From Candidatus Saganbacteria bacterium (lineage in GTDB: Bacteria > Margulisbacteria > WOR-1 > JAKLHX01), in contig JAPLKZ010000011.1 in the NCBI GenBank assembly GCA_026387835.1, positions 1 to 32,000 of the forward strand: a DNA stretch of 32,000 nt. The letters run 5' to 3'. Below, one piece after another: positions 1 through 8,594 of this stretch. Below the pieces are notes generated by a model that was not told the DNA's origin, did not search any database, and saw nothing but the letters and a program-made list of their open reading frames with translations. Position 1 is the stretch's first letter; every line of letters starts with the position of its first letter. A program made the position numbers and the translations under genes.

Positions 1-282
1 GCAAATCTTTCTTCGACAATAAACGACCTGAAAGAGCAGGGGCTCTGGATAGTCGGGATCGATCACAACGGCAGTAACAAGTTAAGCGAAATTGATTATG
101 CGCTGCCCTTGGCGATAGTGATCGGCGGCGAGAACAAAGGGATAGCTCCTCTGGTAAAGACAAGATGTGATTTTATGGTAAGAATACCGATGAGGGGACA
201 GATATCCTCGCTTAACGCTTCAGTTGCTGCTGCTATTATTATGTACGAGGCTTACCGCAAGAGAAAACCGCAGAAGTTCTAG
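1..282 (+). CDS. rlmB: TrmH/SpoU family 2'-O-ribose rRNA methyltransferase, C-terminal fragment (RlmB-like); truncated at left window edge
   Basis: Frame 1 is open from base 1 to TAG at 280-282 and encodes ...YALPLAIVIGGENKGIAPLVKTRCDFMVRIPMRGQISSLNASVAAAIIMYEAYR. GxENKG, VRIPM and SLNASVAAA are the SpoU C-terminal motifs. Confidence 0.88.
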   Translation, partial: ANLSSTINDLKEQGLWIVGIDHNGSNKLSEIDYALPLAIVIGGENKGIAPLVKTRCDFMVRIPMRGQISSLNASVAAAIIMYEAYRKRKPQKF

Positions 283-536
283 GCCTGCCTGTACCAGTAT
301 TTCATTATCATCAAGATAACTACTGTCGCGCAGGTGAAGAAGTTGGCTACAATGATAATCCAATCACCAAGATAGATCCCGTATATTGCCCAAAAGAACG
401 TGCCTATCGAGGAAAAAGACAGTGTGACCAGGGAAACATCTTTTAAATGCCCGGTCTTCAGACCTTTGATTATTTGCGGGACAAATCCGGTAGAAGTTAG
501 AAATGCCGCAAGTAAAGCTATGAATTTAAAAATCAT
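279..536 (-). CDS. SemiSWEET / PQ-loop family small membrane transporter (about 85 aa; longer start at 584 possible)
   Basis: MIFKFIALLAAFLTSTGFVPQIIKGLKTGHLKDVSLVTLSFSSIGTFFWAIYGIYLGDWIIIVANFF: three TM helices and a PQ motif (FVPQIIKG) typical of SemiSWEETs. Start at 536 chosen because it begins at the first TM helix and gives the usual family length. Confidence 0.8.
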   Translation of the reverse strand: MIFKFIALLAAFLTSTGFVPQIIKGLKTGHLKDVSLVTLSFSSIGTFFWAIYGIYLGDWIIIVANFFTCATVVILMIMKYWYRQA

Positions 537-612
537 GATGCGATTATAACATGGATCGGATTTGCCAAAGCAAAGGACAGTCAAAATTGAAAAAAACAGG
601 GTGTTTTGATAG

Positions 613-618
613 TATAAT
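613..618 (+). promoter_or_regulatory. Candidate -10 box (TATAAT) for the tRNA gene
   Basis: TATAAT at 613-618, 18 nt before the tRNA 5' end. A TTGAAA at 587-592 is present but its 20-nt spacing is suboptimal. Confidence 0.45.
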
Positions 619-635
619 TAAAGAGTTGCATTTGC

Positions 636-718
636 GGAGGGGTGGCCGAGCGGCTAATGGCAACAGACTGTAAATCTGTCGACGAAAGTCTTCGGAGGTT
701 CGAATCCTCCCCCCTCCA
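636..718 (+). tRNA. tRNA-Tyr (anticodon GUA), class II, 3' CCA not encoded
   Basis: 7-bp acceptor stem GGAGGGG/CCCCTCC; anticodon stem-loop ACAGA-CTGTAAA-TCTGT (GTA); extra arm GAC-GAAA-GTC; T arm GGAGG-TTCGAAT-CCTCC; discriminator A followed by AA, not CCA. Confidence 0.96.
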
Positions 719-720
719 AA

Positions 721-1911
721 TCAGAACTTCCAGGTAGCTCCTACCATCTGGGTCTTGTCAAAAGCGCCGCCGAGATAAGCGTAATCTACAATAAATCCGC
801 CGACGCCTACGGAAGCTCCCGCAGTCTTGCTGCCATCATAAAGACCCGCCCTTATGGCAATTCCGCGGATAGGACGTACTTCAACACCATAATGCATCGA
901 AGCTTTTTCGCCTCCCGCCACGTTCTGCGCGAAGACGTTATGCCCGTCAACAGCGATAGTGATCTCGTCTATAGGCTTGATCGCGGCTCCCGCATTGACC
1001 AGCATAGAATATCTGGTCACTGCGCCGTTCTGCCAGTTGATATCCGTTGTCAGGATCTCTTTTACCGCGAGACCGAGAGACAAATTAGGAAGCGGTTTAC
1101 CGATAGCGCCCAGGTCTATTCCGGCGCCGAACCCCTTGATCCCAGTGCTTATTACTTTGAGGTCATAGAAATTCAGGTTGGCGCCAACCGCCACTCTTTC
1201 TTCCCAGCCTGAGGCGACAGATACCGTGTACCAGTTGCGGAACTCGTCAAGTGCGGGGTTAATATCGTTAAGCCATGTCAAACCCAGTGCGAACTGAGCT
1301 TTGTTGTATGGAAGATCGCCCGGGTTCTCATACCTGTTATCCCAGTAAGTGTGACCGTGAGGCGCGAAATTCATATTTATTGTCAAATTCTGTATGGGGC
1401 CGAAGATGCCGGCAGATTTTTGGGCGTCCGGTTTAGGGGTCGCTCTTTTAACGGGATTCCTTGAATAAGAAGTATCCGTTCCTTTTTCTTTTACCTGAGG
1501 CGCCATCGACTGTTCCCTTCCGGTCTTTGGCACGCTGCTGGGGCCCCAATTCTTCTTGAGGATGCCCTGATCCCCGAGGTATTGCGCCGTCTGAACAGCG
1601 AATGCCGACATAACGCCAACCCCGAATATCCATTCAAAAGGTGATGACATAGGGGCTTCATAGCACATTTTGACAGCGGCAAGATTGTCTCCCATAACTG
1701 CGTTCCTGTTTGTTAATAAAGTAGAACCGGTTATATCCACTCCGGGATTAAATGCAAATCCCGCGGGATTCCAGTATGCCGCGTTGGCGTCATCCGCTAT
1801 CGCGGTGAATGCTCCCCCCATGCCCATAGGGCGCGCGCCGAAATATGCATATGCCGGGGCGGTAAAAATGACCAGTAACGCCGCAAAAACGATATGTTTT
1901 TTATATCTCAT
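721..1911 (-). CDS. Exported outer-membrane beta-barrel-like protein (UPF0164 / TraF_2 / PorV-FadL-like)
   Basis: Signal peptide MRYKKHIVFAALLVIFTAPAYA, then YFGARPMGMGGAFTAIADDANAAYWNPAGFA, typical of this barrel family. C-terminal alternating beta-strands end GATWKF. RBS AAAGGAG upstream of ATG. Confidence 0.75.
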   Translation of the reverse strand: MRYKKHIVFAALLVIFTAPAYAYFGARPMGMGGAFTAIADDANAAYWNPAGFAFNPGVDITGSTLLTNRNAVMGDNLAAVKMCYEAPMSSPFEWIFGVGVMSAFAVQTAQYLGDQGILKKNWGPSSVPKTGREQSMAPQVKEKGTDTSYSRNPVKRATPKPDAQKSAGIFGPIQNLTINMNFAPHGHTYWDNRYENPGDLPYNKAQFALGLTWLNDINPALDEFRNWYTVSVASGWEERVAVGANLNFYDLKVISTGIKGFGAGIDLGAIGKPLPNLSLGLAVKEILTTDINWQNGAVTRYSMLVNAGAAIKPIDEITIAVDGHNVFAQNVAGGEKASMHYGVEVRPIRGIAIRAGLYDGSKTAGASVGVGGFIVDYAYLGGAFDKTQMVGATWKF

Positions 1912-1943
1912 TTATGACTCCTTTCCTTGTTATAATAAGATAT

Positions 1944-3740
1944 ATGACCAAAATAATCAACATCGCGATAATCGCCCATGTGGACCACGGCAAAACAACT
2001 TTGACAGACCACCTGCTGCGGCAGGGGGGAGCTTTTTCTGAAAGGGATGAAGTGCCGGAGCTTGTCATGGACTCCAATGATCTTGAAAAAGAACGGGGTA
2101 TAACCATATTCTCAAAAAACTGTTCGATACATTATAAGGACAATAAAATCAATATTGTCGATACTCCGGGACATGCCGACTTCGGTTCGGAGGTCGAACG
2201 CGTGTTAAAGATGGTGGACAGCGTTCTTTTGCTTGTTGACGCAAAAGAAGGCCCAATGCCCCAGACAAAATTTGTGCTTTCAAAATCCCTCAAACTGGGC
2301 TTAAAGCCGATAGTCGTCATAAATAAGATAGATAAAAAAGGCTCCCGTCCTGATAAAGTGATCGACATGATATTCGATCTGTTCGTTAAGCTGGAAGCCA
2401 CGGACGAACAGCTTGATTTTCCTGTTGTTTATTCTATATCAAGGGAGGGCATGGCAAAATACAACCTTGAAGATGAAGGCAAAGATCTTTCCCCTCTCTT
2501 TGAAACGATCCTGAAACATGTAAAGCCTTATCCTGATAAAAGTTCCGAAGCCCTTCAAATGCAGGTGACAAACCTTAAATATGATGATTATGTCGGACGT
2601 ATAGCTATAGGCCGTGTCAGCAGCGGAAAACTTGAAAAAAACGAGCAGGTTGTTGTCTGTAAAAGGGACGGTTCGATCGTCCCGGGCAAGATCACCAAGC
2701 TCTCGATATTCGAAGGATTAAAGCAGCTCGAGATAGAATCAGCGCAGTGCGGCGATATAGTCGCGGTAGCCGGTATGCCCGACATAACCATAGGGGAGAC
2801 GATATGCACTGCCGATAATCCGAAGCCGATGCCGCTGCTGCAGATCGATGAGCCGACACTTACCATGGAATTTCTCGTGAACGATTCTCCGTTTGCGGGA
2901 AAAGAAGGCAAATATGTGACCAACCGGCATCTGAAAGAGCGCATTGACAGGGAGCTCCAGACAAATGTAGGTTTAAGAATAGAATCCATCGGAGGCGCCG
3001 ACGGATACCGCATTTCAGGCAGAGGAGAGCTCCATCTGTCCATACTTCTTGAGAACATGAGGCGCGAAGGATATGAGATCGCCGTATCGCAGCCGGAAGT
3101 TATTATAAAAATAGTTCACGGGGAAAAGATGGAGCCTATAGAGCAGGCTTCGATATCGGTCCCGGAAGAGTTTGCCGGAGCTGTGATAGAAAAGCTGGGC
3201 AAAAGAAAAGGCGAGATGCAGGACATGAACGTAAAGAACGGCACGACTTTTCTTAATTATCTTGTGCCGACCAGGGGCCTGCTGGGGTTCCGGGCAGAGT
3301 TTATCATGGACACAAAAGGGGAGGGCATACTTCATCATGCTTTCTTCCGGTATGAGAGATATAAAGGGGACATCTCAAAACGGCAGAACGGAGTGCTCAT
3401 ATCGGGGGAGAACGGAAGAAGCGTTGCCTATGCGTTGAATAATCTGCAGGAGAGGGGCAGTCTTTTTATAGGCCCGGGAGTTTCTGTCTATACAGGAATG
3501 ATAATAGGGGAGAACGCGAGAAGAGAGGATGTCACGGCAAACCCTTGCAAAGAGAAAAAGCTTACAAATATGAGAGCCTCCGGTTCTGATGACCTCGTAA
3601 AGCTGACGCCGCCGATAAAGTTATCGCTTGAGCAGGCGCTTGAGTTCATCAACAATGACGAGCTTGTGGAGATAACGCCTCAGAATATCAGGTTAAGGAA
3701 GAAATACCTGACGGAGAACGAGCGAAAAAGACAAAAGTAA
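1944..3740 (+). CDS. typA: Ribosome-associated GTPase TypA/BipA
   Basis: MTKIINIAIIAHVDHGKTTLTDHLLRQ, ERGITIFSKN, VDTPGHADFGSEVERV and NKIDKKGSRPDKVIDMIFDLFVKLEATDEQLDFPVVY are TypA/BipA motifs. ATG at 1944 chosen over the track start at 1914 because it gives the canonical N-terminus. Confidence 0.95.
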   Translation: MTKIINIAIIAHVDHGKTTLTDHLLRQGGAFSERDEVPELVMDSNDLEKERGITIFSKNCSIHYKDNKINIVDTPGHADFGSEVERVLKMVDSVLLLVDAKEGPMPQTKFVLSKSLKLGLKPIVVINKIDKKGSRPDKVIDMIFDLFVKLEATDEQLDFPVVYSISREGMAKYNLEDEGKDLSPLFETILKHVKPYPDKSSEALQMQVTNLKYDDYVGRIAIGRVSSGKLEKNEQVVVCKRDGSIVPGKITKLSIFEGLKQLEIESAQCGDIVAVAGMPDITIGETICTADNPKPMPLLQIDEPTLTMEFLVNDSPFAGKEGKYVTNRHLKERIDRELQTNVGLRIESIGGADGYRISGRGELHLSILLENMRREGYEIAVSQPEVIIKIVHGEKMEPIEQASISVPEEFAGAVIEKLGKRKGEMQDMNVKNGTTFLNYLVPTRGLLGFRAEFIMDTKGEGILHHAFFRYERYKGDISKRQNGVLISGENGRSVAYALNNLQERGSLFIGPGVSVYTGMIIGENARREDVTANPCKEKKLTNMRASGSDDLVKLTPPIKLSLEQALEFINNDELVEITPQNIRLRKKYLTENERKRQK

Positions 3741-3747
3741 TATTGTC

Positions 3748-5529
3748 TTAATACTTCTCAAGTCTTTTCTTAAGAAGATTATGTTCCTGAACGATCTCTT
3801 TCGGCAGATCTTTCCCGAACATCTTGAAGAATTCTTTCTGGTCCTCGAGTTCTTTTCTCCACCCTTCCCTGTCAATGTGCAGGAGTTTTTGCATTGCGAC
3901 CATCGAGACATCGAGACCGGTAAGGTCTATATCCTTGGAGTCGGGGATATAACCGATCGGAGATTCCACCGCTTTTACTTTTTGCCTGCAGCGGTCGATT
4001 ATCCATTCAAGGACCCTGAGATTCTCGCCGTAACCGGGCCACATGAATTTTCCGCTTTCATCCTGTTTAAACCAATTGACGTGAAAGATCTTGGGAGGAT
4101 TTGCCATGTTCCTGCCCATCTTCAGCCAGTGGCCGAAATATTTTCCCATATTGTATCCGCAGAAGGGGAGCATTGCCATGGGATCACGCCGCACCTCGCC
4201 CTGTTTTCCGTATTGTGCCGCGGTCCGTTCGGACGCCATCGTCGCTCCGACATAGACGCCGTGCTGCCAGTAAAAGGATTCATATACAAGAGGGGCCAGT
4301 CTGGCCCTTCTTCCGCCGAAGATGATAGCTGAGATCGGGACCCCATGATGCTGTTCCAGCCTGTTGCTTATTGAAGGACACTGCGAAAGAGGCGCGGTAA
4401 ACCTGCTGTTCGGATGAGCCCCTAAAACCGTCCTTCCTTTTTCATCCGTCATTCCGGGTTTCCACGCTTTACCCTCCCAGTTTATGCCTTCTTCCGGTAC
4501 GGGGCCGTCGCCGTCTTCCCACCAGACAGTATTATCAGGCTTTAAAAGTACATTGGTAAAAATAGTATTTTTTCGGATAGTTGCAACCGCGTTAGGATTT
4601 GTCTTCGAATTTGTTCCCGGGGCAACACCGAACATTCCTGCCTCGGGATTGACCGCCCACAGAGACCCGTCGGTATCTATCCTCATCCAGGCAATATCGT
4701 CTCCTAAGGTCCATATACGGTATCCTTTGCTTTTTAGGCCTTCTGGAGGAATGAGCATCGCAAGGTTAGTTTTTCCGCAGGCGCTCGGGAACGCTGCTGC
4801 TATATAAGCAATATATCCGCTCGGATCTTCCACGCCCATTATCAACATATGCTCTGCAAGCCAGCCTTCTTTTTTTGCTATCCAGCTGCCAAGCCGCAGC
4901 GAAAGACATTTCTTCCCGAGCAAGACGTTGCCTCCGTATCCTGACCCGACGCTCCAAATAGTATTGTCTTCCGGAAAATGCAGTATCAGGCGCTTGTTTA
5001 GATCAAGGCCGGCTTTTCCATGGAGGCATTTTGTAAAATCACCGTTAGAGCCAAGTTTATCCAGGACAGTTTTTCCGATCCTTGTCATTATCCTCATGTT
5101 CAAAACGACATAAATGCTGTCGGTCAGTTCCACGCCTATCTTTGAAAATTCGGAACCGACCGGCCCCATACTGAAAGGTATGACGTACATTGTTCTTCCG
5201 GCCATGGAGTTCTTGAATATATCGCCGGCCTTTTTATACCCGGCTGTGGGCGACATCCAATTATTATTCGGCCCGGCATCGGCCTTTCTTTTTGTACAGA
5301 TATATGTGAGATGCTCGGTCCGGGCGATGTCGTTTTGCGCTGTCCTGTGATAAAAGCATCCCGGAAGCTTTTCCTGGTTCAATTCGATCAACTCCCCGGT
5401 ATAGCAAGCTTCTTTTTCAAGCCGTTTTTTTTCTTCATCGCTGCCGTCTATCCAGACGATCTTATCAGGCTTGCACAGGGCCGCCATCTCTTTGACCCAG
5501 GCGTTAAGCTTTTTGTGTTTTGAGCTCAT
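3748..5529 (-). CDS. pckG: Phosphoenolpyruvate carboxykinase (GTP)
   Basis: FPSACGKTNLAML kinase P-loop, GDDIAWMRID, NPEAGMFGVAPGTN and FNVNWFKQ-like motifs; ~593 aa, the GTP-type length. Confidence 0.95.
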   Translation of the reverse strand: MSSKHKKLNAWVKEMAALCKPDKIVWIDGSDEEKKRLEKEACYTGELIELNQEKLPGCFYHRTAQNDIARTEHLTYICTKRKADAGPNNNWMSPTAGYKKAGDIFKNSMAGRTMYVIPFSMGPVGSEFSKIGVELTDSIYVVLNMRIMTRIGKTVLDKLGSNGDFTKCLHGKAGLDLNKRLILHFPEDNTIWSVGSGYGGNVLLGKKCLSLRLGSWIAKKEGWLAEHMLIMGVEDPSGYIAYIAAAFPSACGKTNLAMLIPPEGLKSKGYRIWTLGDDIAWMRIDTDGSLWAVNPEAGMFGVAPGTNSKTNPNAVATIRKNTIFTNVLLKPDNTVWWEDGDGPVPEEGINWEGKAWKPGMTDEKGRTVLGAHPNSRFTAPLSQCPSISNRLEQHHGVPISAIIFGGRRARLAPLVYESFYWQHGVYVGATMASERTAAQYGKQGEVRRDPMAMLPFCGYNMGKYFGHWLKMGRNMANPPKIFHVNWFKQDESGKFMWPGYGENLRVLEWIIDRCRQKVKAVESPIGYIPDSKDIDLTGLDVSMVAMQKLLHIDREGWRKELEDQKEFFKMFGKDLPKEIVQEHNLLKKRLEKY

Positions 5530-5530
5530 A

Positions 5531-5941
5531 TTATAATCTTACCTCAAACGCTCTCGGCGGGCAAGGTTTTACGCACAGCTCGCAGTCGATGCATTTTTCT
5601 TTATCAAATGATATTTTCATCTTGCTTCTGTCTATCTGCATCGCCCCGGTAGGGCATATTGTTATGCAGGCGCCGCACTGAGTGCATTTATCCTCGATCC
5701 AGCGGACCTCTTTTTTTAAAGGCTCTACCAAGACGCCCTGAGCTTTCATGAACTCAAGGCCCTTTTTCAAATTCTCATCACTGCCTGATATTTCGATGAC
5801 CATTTCTCCTTCATCTTCGGGCGTGATCCTTGCCTTAAGGATGTTGAAGGCAAGATCAAAATCCTTTGTCAGGTGATAGACAATAGGCTTGTCCACTTTA
5901 AGGTGGGGGAAAGTCAGCGCCAGCTTTTTTGAAGAGCTCAT
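5531..5941 (-). CDS. NIL-domain ferredoxin (two 4Fe-4S clusters), partner of the COG1900/DUF39 homocysteine biosynthesis protein
   Basis: N-terminal NIL-like domain (LTFPHLKVDKPIVYHLTKDFDLAFNILKARITPEDEGEMVIEISG...) and C-terminal CTQCGACITICP...CIDCELCVKPCPPRAF. Confidence 0.88.
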   Translation of the reverse strand: MSSSKKLALTFPHLKVDKPIVYHLTKDFDLAFNILKARITPEDEGEMVIEISGSDENLKKGLEFMKAQGVLVEPLKKEVRWIEDKCTQCGACITICPTGAMQIDRSKMKISFDKEKCIDCELCVKPCPPRAFEVRL

Positions 5942-5943
5942 GG

Positions 5944-7164
5944 CTATTTGCCTCCGTTCTTATAAGGACGTTCATTGAGAAGCTTGAACTTTATCCCGCT
6001 GTCAGGTCCCGGGAGGTCTTTTACCGGTTCCGTCAGAAGGAACTTGCCGTTCTTTATGCGGTCTTTAAGGATGTTAGAGATCTCGGCCGCTTTTGGATAG
6101 CTTGAAAGAGAGGCGGTTTCCACTTCTTTCCCGTTCACCTTTATTTTCCCGGTCTTTAGATCGGCGTAAGATACTTCGCCGATGACATCCGGCTTTACGT
6201 TGGGGTAAACATCGCTGTAGTCGACGATAGGCGCGAGTATCTCGCTGTCCTTTAATGCGGCCCATTTTGCTATATCTTCGTCCAGTATCGGGATGGGCAC
6301 GCCGATGCCGACGTTCAGCGAAACGCCGTATCCCAGAAAGCTGACGCCTACGATCCATTTAGGGTCCATCTCTTTCAGGTCGCCGATAACCGAGAGTGTG
6401 CCTGAAGGCCTTTTTGGAACGCCTTTCTCGGTCCGCGGGGTCCCGGGATTATACTGGGTCCCGTTCCACGCGACATAGCCAGTTCCGCCGCCAAGGAATA
6501 TCCTGGTCCCGATGCCGATAGTCTTATAAAAAGGGTCCTTGAGGAGCGGACTTAACTGTCCCGCGCTGCAATAATTGGCATTTGCAAGGTTCGGCCGAAG
6601 GACGCCTAAATATGTATATATCGTCTTGTCCGAAAGATTGACGGCGACATTATAATTCTGATAGCAGTTCCTCGGATTGAACAAAAAAGCTTCGTTCAGG
6701 TCCTTTATATTCAGTAACGTTGAAAGTTTTTTCCTCGGATAGCAATCGGTCCCGTAGGCAGTAGCTTCAAATTTTACGTCTTTCCCGGCCACAAGATCAT
6801 GGATAACATGACCGCCGCCGTATTTGAATTCCCCGGGATAAACTTTATTCTCCGGATCATCATCGGGCATTTCTGTCGCGCCCAAATAAAGGTCTACAGC
6901 AGCAAGACCGGCGTAAGCATTTACCCCGTTGAACCATGCTTTGCTTATCTTTATCCTCGGTTTTGTGTGCCCGACGTTCAGGAACGCTCCGGACGAGCAC
7001 ATCGGACCGAATGTCCCCGTAGTCACCACGTCCACCTTCTTTGCGGCGCTTTCAATCCCTTCCTTGTCCGCAAGATCAATAAACTCTTCGGCATTGACCA
7101 CCACTACCTGGCCTTTCTTGATCTTTTCATTTATTTCATCATAAGTCCTTATCTGTTTTGACAT
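5944..7164 (-). CDS. Homocysteine biosynthesis protein (DUF39/COG1900; L-aspartate-semialdehyde sulfurtransferase-like), without C-terminal CBS domains
   Basis: KTYDEINEKIKKG-like start, TTGTFGPMCSSGAFLNVGH, ATAYGTDCYPRK, IFLGGGTGYVAWNGTQ and DLKEMDPKWIVGVSFLGYGVSLNVGIGVPIP motifs. RBS AAGGAGAGG upstream. Next to the NIL-ferredoxin. Confidence 0.85.
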   Translation of the reverse strand: MSKQIRTYDEINEKIKKGQVVVVNAEEFIDLADKEGIESAAKKVDVVTTGTFGPMCSSGAFLNVGHTKPRIKISKAWFNGVNAYAGLAAVDLYLGATEMPDDDPENKVYPGEFKYGGGHVIHDLVAGKDVKFEATAYGTDCYPRKKLSTLLNIKDLNEAFLFNPRNCYQNYNVAVNLSDKTIYTYLGVLRPNLANANYCSAGQLSPLLKDPFYKTIGIGTRIFLGGGTGYVAWNGTQYNPGTPRTEKGVPKRPSGTLSVIGDLKEMDPKWIVGVSFLGYGVSLNVGIGVPIPILDEDIAKWAALKDSEILAPIVDYSDVYPNVKPDVIGEVSYADLKTGKIKVNGKEVETASLSSYPKAAEISNILKDRIKNGKFLLTEPVKDLPGPDSGIKFKLLNERPYKNGGK

Positions 7165-7208
7165 AGTACCTCTCCTTTAATATATAATTTACATCTCTTT
7201 TTTATCAA

Positions 7209-7226
7209 GGCCCCCTTTTGGGGGCT
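7209..7226 (-). promoter_or_regulatory. GC-rich hairpin in the putative 5' leader of the DUF39 operon
   Basis: GGCCCCC-TTTT-GGGGGCT inverted repeat (one G-T wobble), about 45 nt upstream of the start codon at 7164 and without a U tract in minus-strand sense. Confidence 0.4.
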
Positions 7227-7260
7227 ATTCATTATCCATATCATATCAGTATCTCCATAA

Positions 7261-7292
7261 AACAAAAAAACTCAGCGTCTTTTGCTGAGTTA
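7261..7292 (-). terminator. Rho-independent terminator for the ccdA/tlpA-like transcript
   Basis: Minus strand: AACTCAGC-AAAAGAC-GCTGAGTT followed by TTTTTTGTTT. 8-bp perfect stem plus U tract, ~90 nt past the ccdA stop. Confidence 0.85.
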
Positions 7293-7381
7293 TATCCACG
7301 GCTTTTTAGCACATTTATATAGCGCAGCAATACGACTCAAATCAGCGCTTTCCTAAATTATACAATCTTCAATATGCCAAG

Positions 7382-8074
7382 TCAAATCCCCGAAAAAGAA
7401 TTGAAAAGGTTCAATATCAATAATATTCCGGTGATGATGAGCAGCAGGCCGCTTAGAAAAGTGATGTATCTCATGTATTTTGATATCTTCGGGATAAAAG
7501 AGATCAGGCTGTTGACCATAAGAGCGGATATCAAAAACGGCACGGCCAGCCCCGCGCAATAAAAACATAGGAGAAATGTTCCGCTCAAGATGCTTGAGGT
7601 CGTTCCGGCAAGGATCAGTATGGTCCCGAGTATCGGTCCGACGCACGGTGTCCAGCCTGAGGCAAAGATCAATCCGGCAAGGAATGAGCTCAAGCTGTTC
7701 TTGGCTTTTAGCGAAGGCGCGAATTTTAGATAGCGGTTCAGCAAAGGACTATTGAACACCCCCATTATGAAAAGACCGAAGAAAATAATAATAAAACCAC
7801 CGACGATCCTTGTATATTCTTTGATATCGATCAACAGCTGGCCCAAAAAACTTATTGCGACCCCCAGCAGGATAAAGACCAAAGAAAAACCCAGAACAAA
7901 GAAAATAGAATTGATCAAAGTCACCTTTTGGGCGGCAGCCCGGTTGCTTTCAAGGTCTTTGAACGTGATCCCGGTAATATAAGATATGTATGACGGGACA
8001 AGGGGCAGTATGCAAGGTGAAAAGAACGACAAAAGACCCGCGGCAAAAGCTGTTAAAAATGAAACATTCTGCAT
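7382..8074 (-). CDS. ccdA: Cytochrome c biogenesis / thiol-disulfide interchange membrane protein CcdA
   Basis: FAAGLLSFFSPCILPLVPSYISYITG and ASGWTPCVGPILGTIL, the paired cysteine motifs of CcdA, with six TM segments. Confidence 0.93.
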   Translation of the reverse strand: MQNVSFLTAFAAGLLSFFSPCILPLVPSYISYITGITFKDLESNRAAAQKVTLINSIFFVLGFSLVFILLGVAISFLGQLLIDIKEYTRIVGGFIIIFFGLFIMGVFNSPLLNRYLKFAPSLKAKNSLSSFLAGLIFASGWTPCVGPILGTILILAGTTSSILSGTFLLCFYCAGLAVPFLISALMVNSLISFIPKISKYMRYITFLSGLLLIITGILLILNLFNSFSGI

Positions 8075-8075
8075 T

Positions 8076-8594
8076 TTATTCCTTTATCAGGGACTTTATA
8101 TTGCCGATGACTTCAGGCAAGTCCCATTCTCTTCCTCCGATGATCTTTTGGGCTATCTTCCCTTTTTTGTCGATGATAAAGGTGGTCGGGATGCTGTAGA
8201 TGCCATAGATATCGGAGACAGCATTGTCTTTGTCATGGAGCACCAGAAAAGAATACCCGCCTTTTTCTATGAACGCTTTGACAGTTCCCGTGTCAGTCCT
8301 GTCAATTGAAACGGCGATCATCTTAAAATCTTTCTTAGAGAGCGCGTTGTTCAGCCTTTCCATCGACGACATCTCGGCCCTGCAGGGAGGGCACCAGGTG
8401 GCAAAAAAATTCAGAAGGACGATCTTGCCCTTAAAATCCGACAGTTTTTTATAATGTCCCGATACATCTTTAAGTTTAAAATCCGGGGCGGGAGTTTTTT
8501 TTGCCGTGCCGCCTGAGGGGCCCTTTTCAGACATGGCAAAAGAAATTACAATGAGTAGCGAAAAGATCAGAATGAACGCGAAAATCCGTTTCAT
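8076..8594 (-). CDS. TlpA/ResA-like membrane-anchored thiol-disulfide oxidoreductase
   Basis: MKRIFAFILIFSLLIVISFA signal/anchor, PDFKLKDVSGHYKKLSDFKGKIVLLNFFATWCPPCRAEM (CPPC active site), IPTTFIIDKKG. Start taken at the internal Met rather than at the ORF-track start 8630. Confidence 0.9.
   Translation of the reverse strand: MKRIFAFILIFSLLIVISFAMSEKGPSGGTAKKTPAPDFKLKDVSGHYKKLSDFKGKIVLLNFFATWCPPCRAEMSSMERLNNALSKKDFKMIAVSIDRTDTGTVKAFIEKGGYSFLVLHDKDNAVSDIYGIYSIPTTFIIDKKGKIAQKIIGGREWDLPEVIGNIKSLIKE

Noticed and set aside
636-718. tRNA-Tyr as a mobile-element integration site
   Set aside because: No integrase, no direct repeat of the tRNA 3' end found in the window, and housekeeping genes on both sides.
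2588-3058. 156-aa minus-strand ORF opposite typA
   Set aside because: Antisense shadow of a strongly conserved coding region; no recognisable domain or independent RBS.
3728-3749. AAGACAA...TTGTCTT inverted repeat (and CTTCTCAAG/CTTAAGAAG just beyond) as a bidirectional terminator between typA and pckG
   Set aside because: The stem is short and AT-rich, overlaps both gene ends, and lacks a convincing U tract on either strand, so it is not supported enough to list as a feature.
7165-7260. SAM, SAH or other known riboswitch upstream of the homocysteine-synthesis operon
   Set aside because: The leader is too short (at most ~95 nt) and I see no conserved aptamer motifs, only a single simple hairpin.
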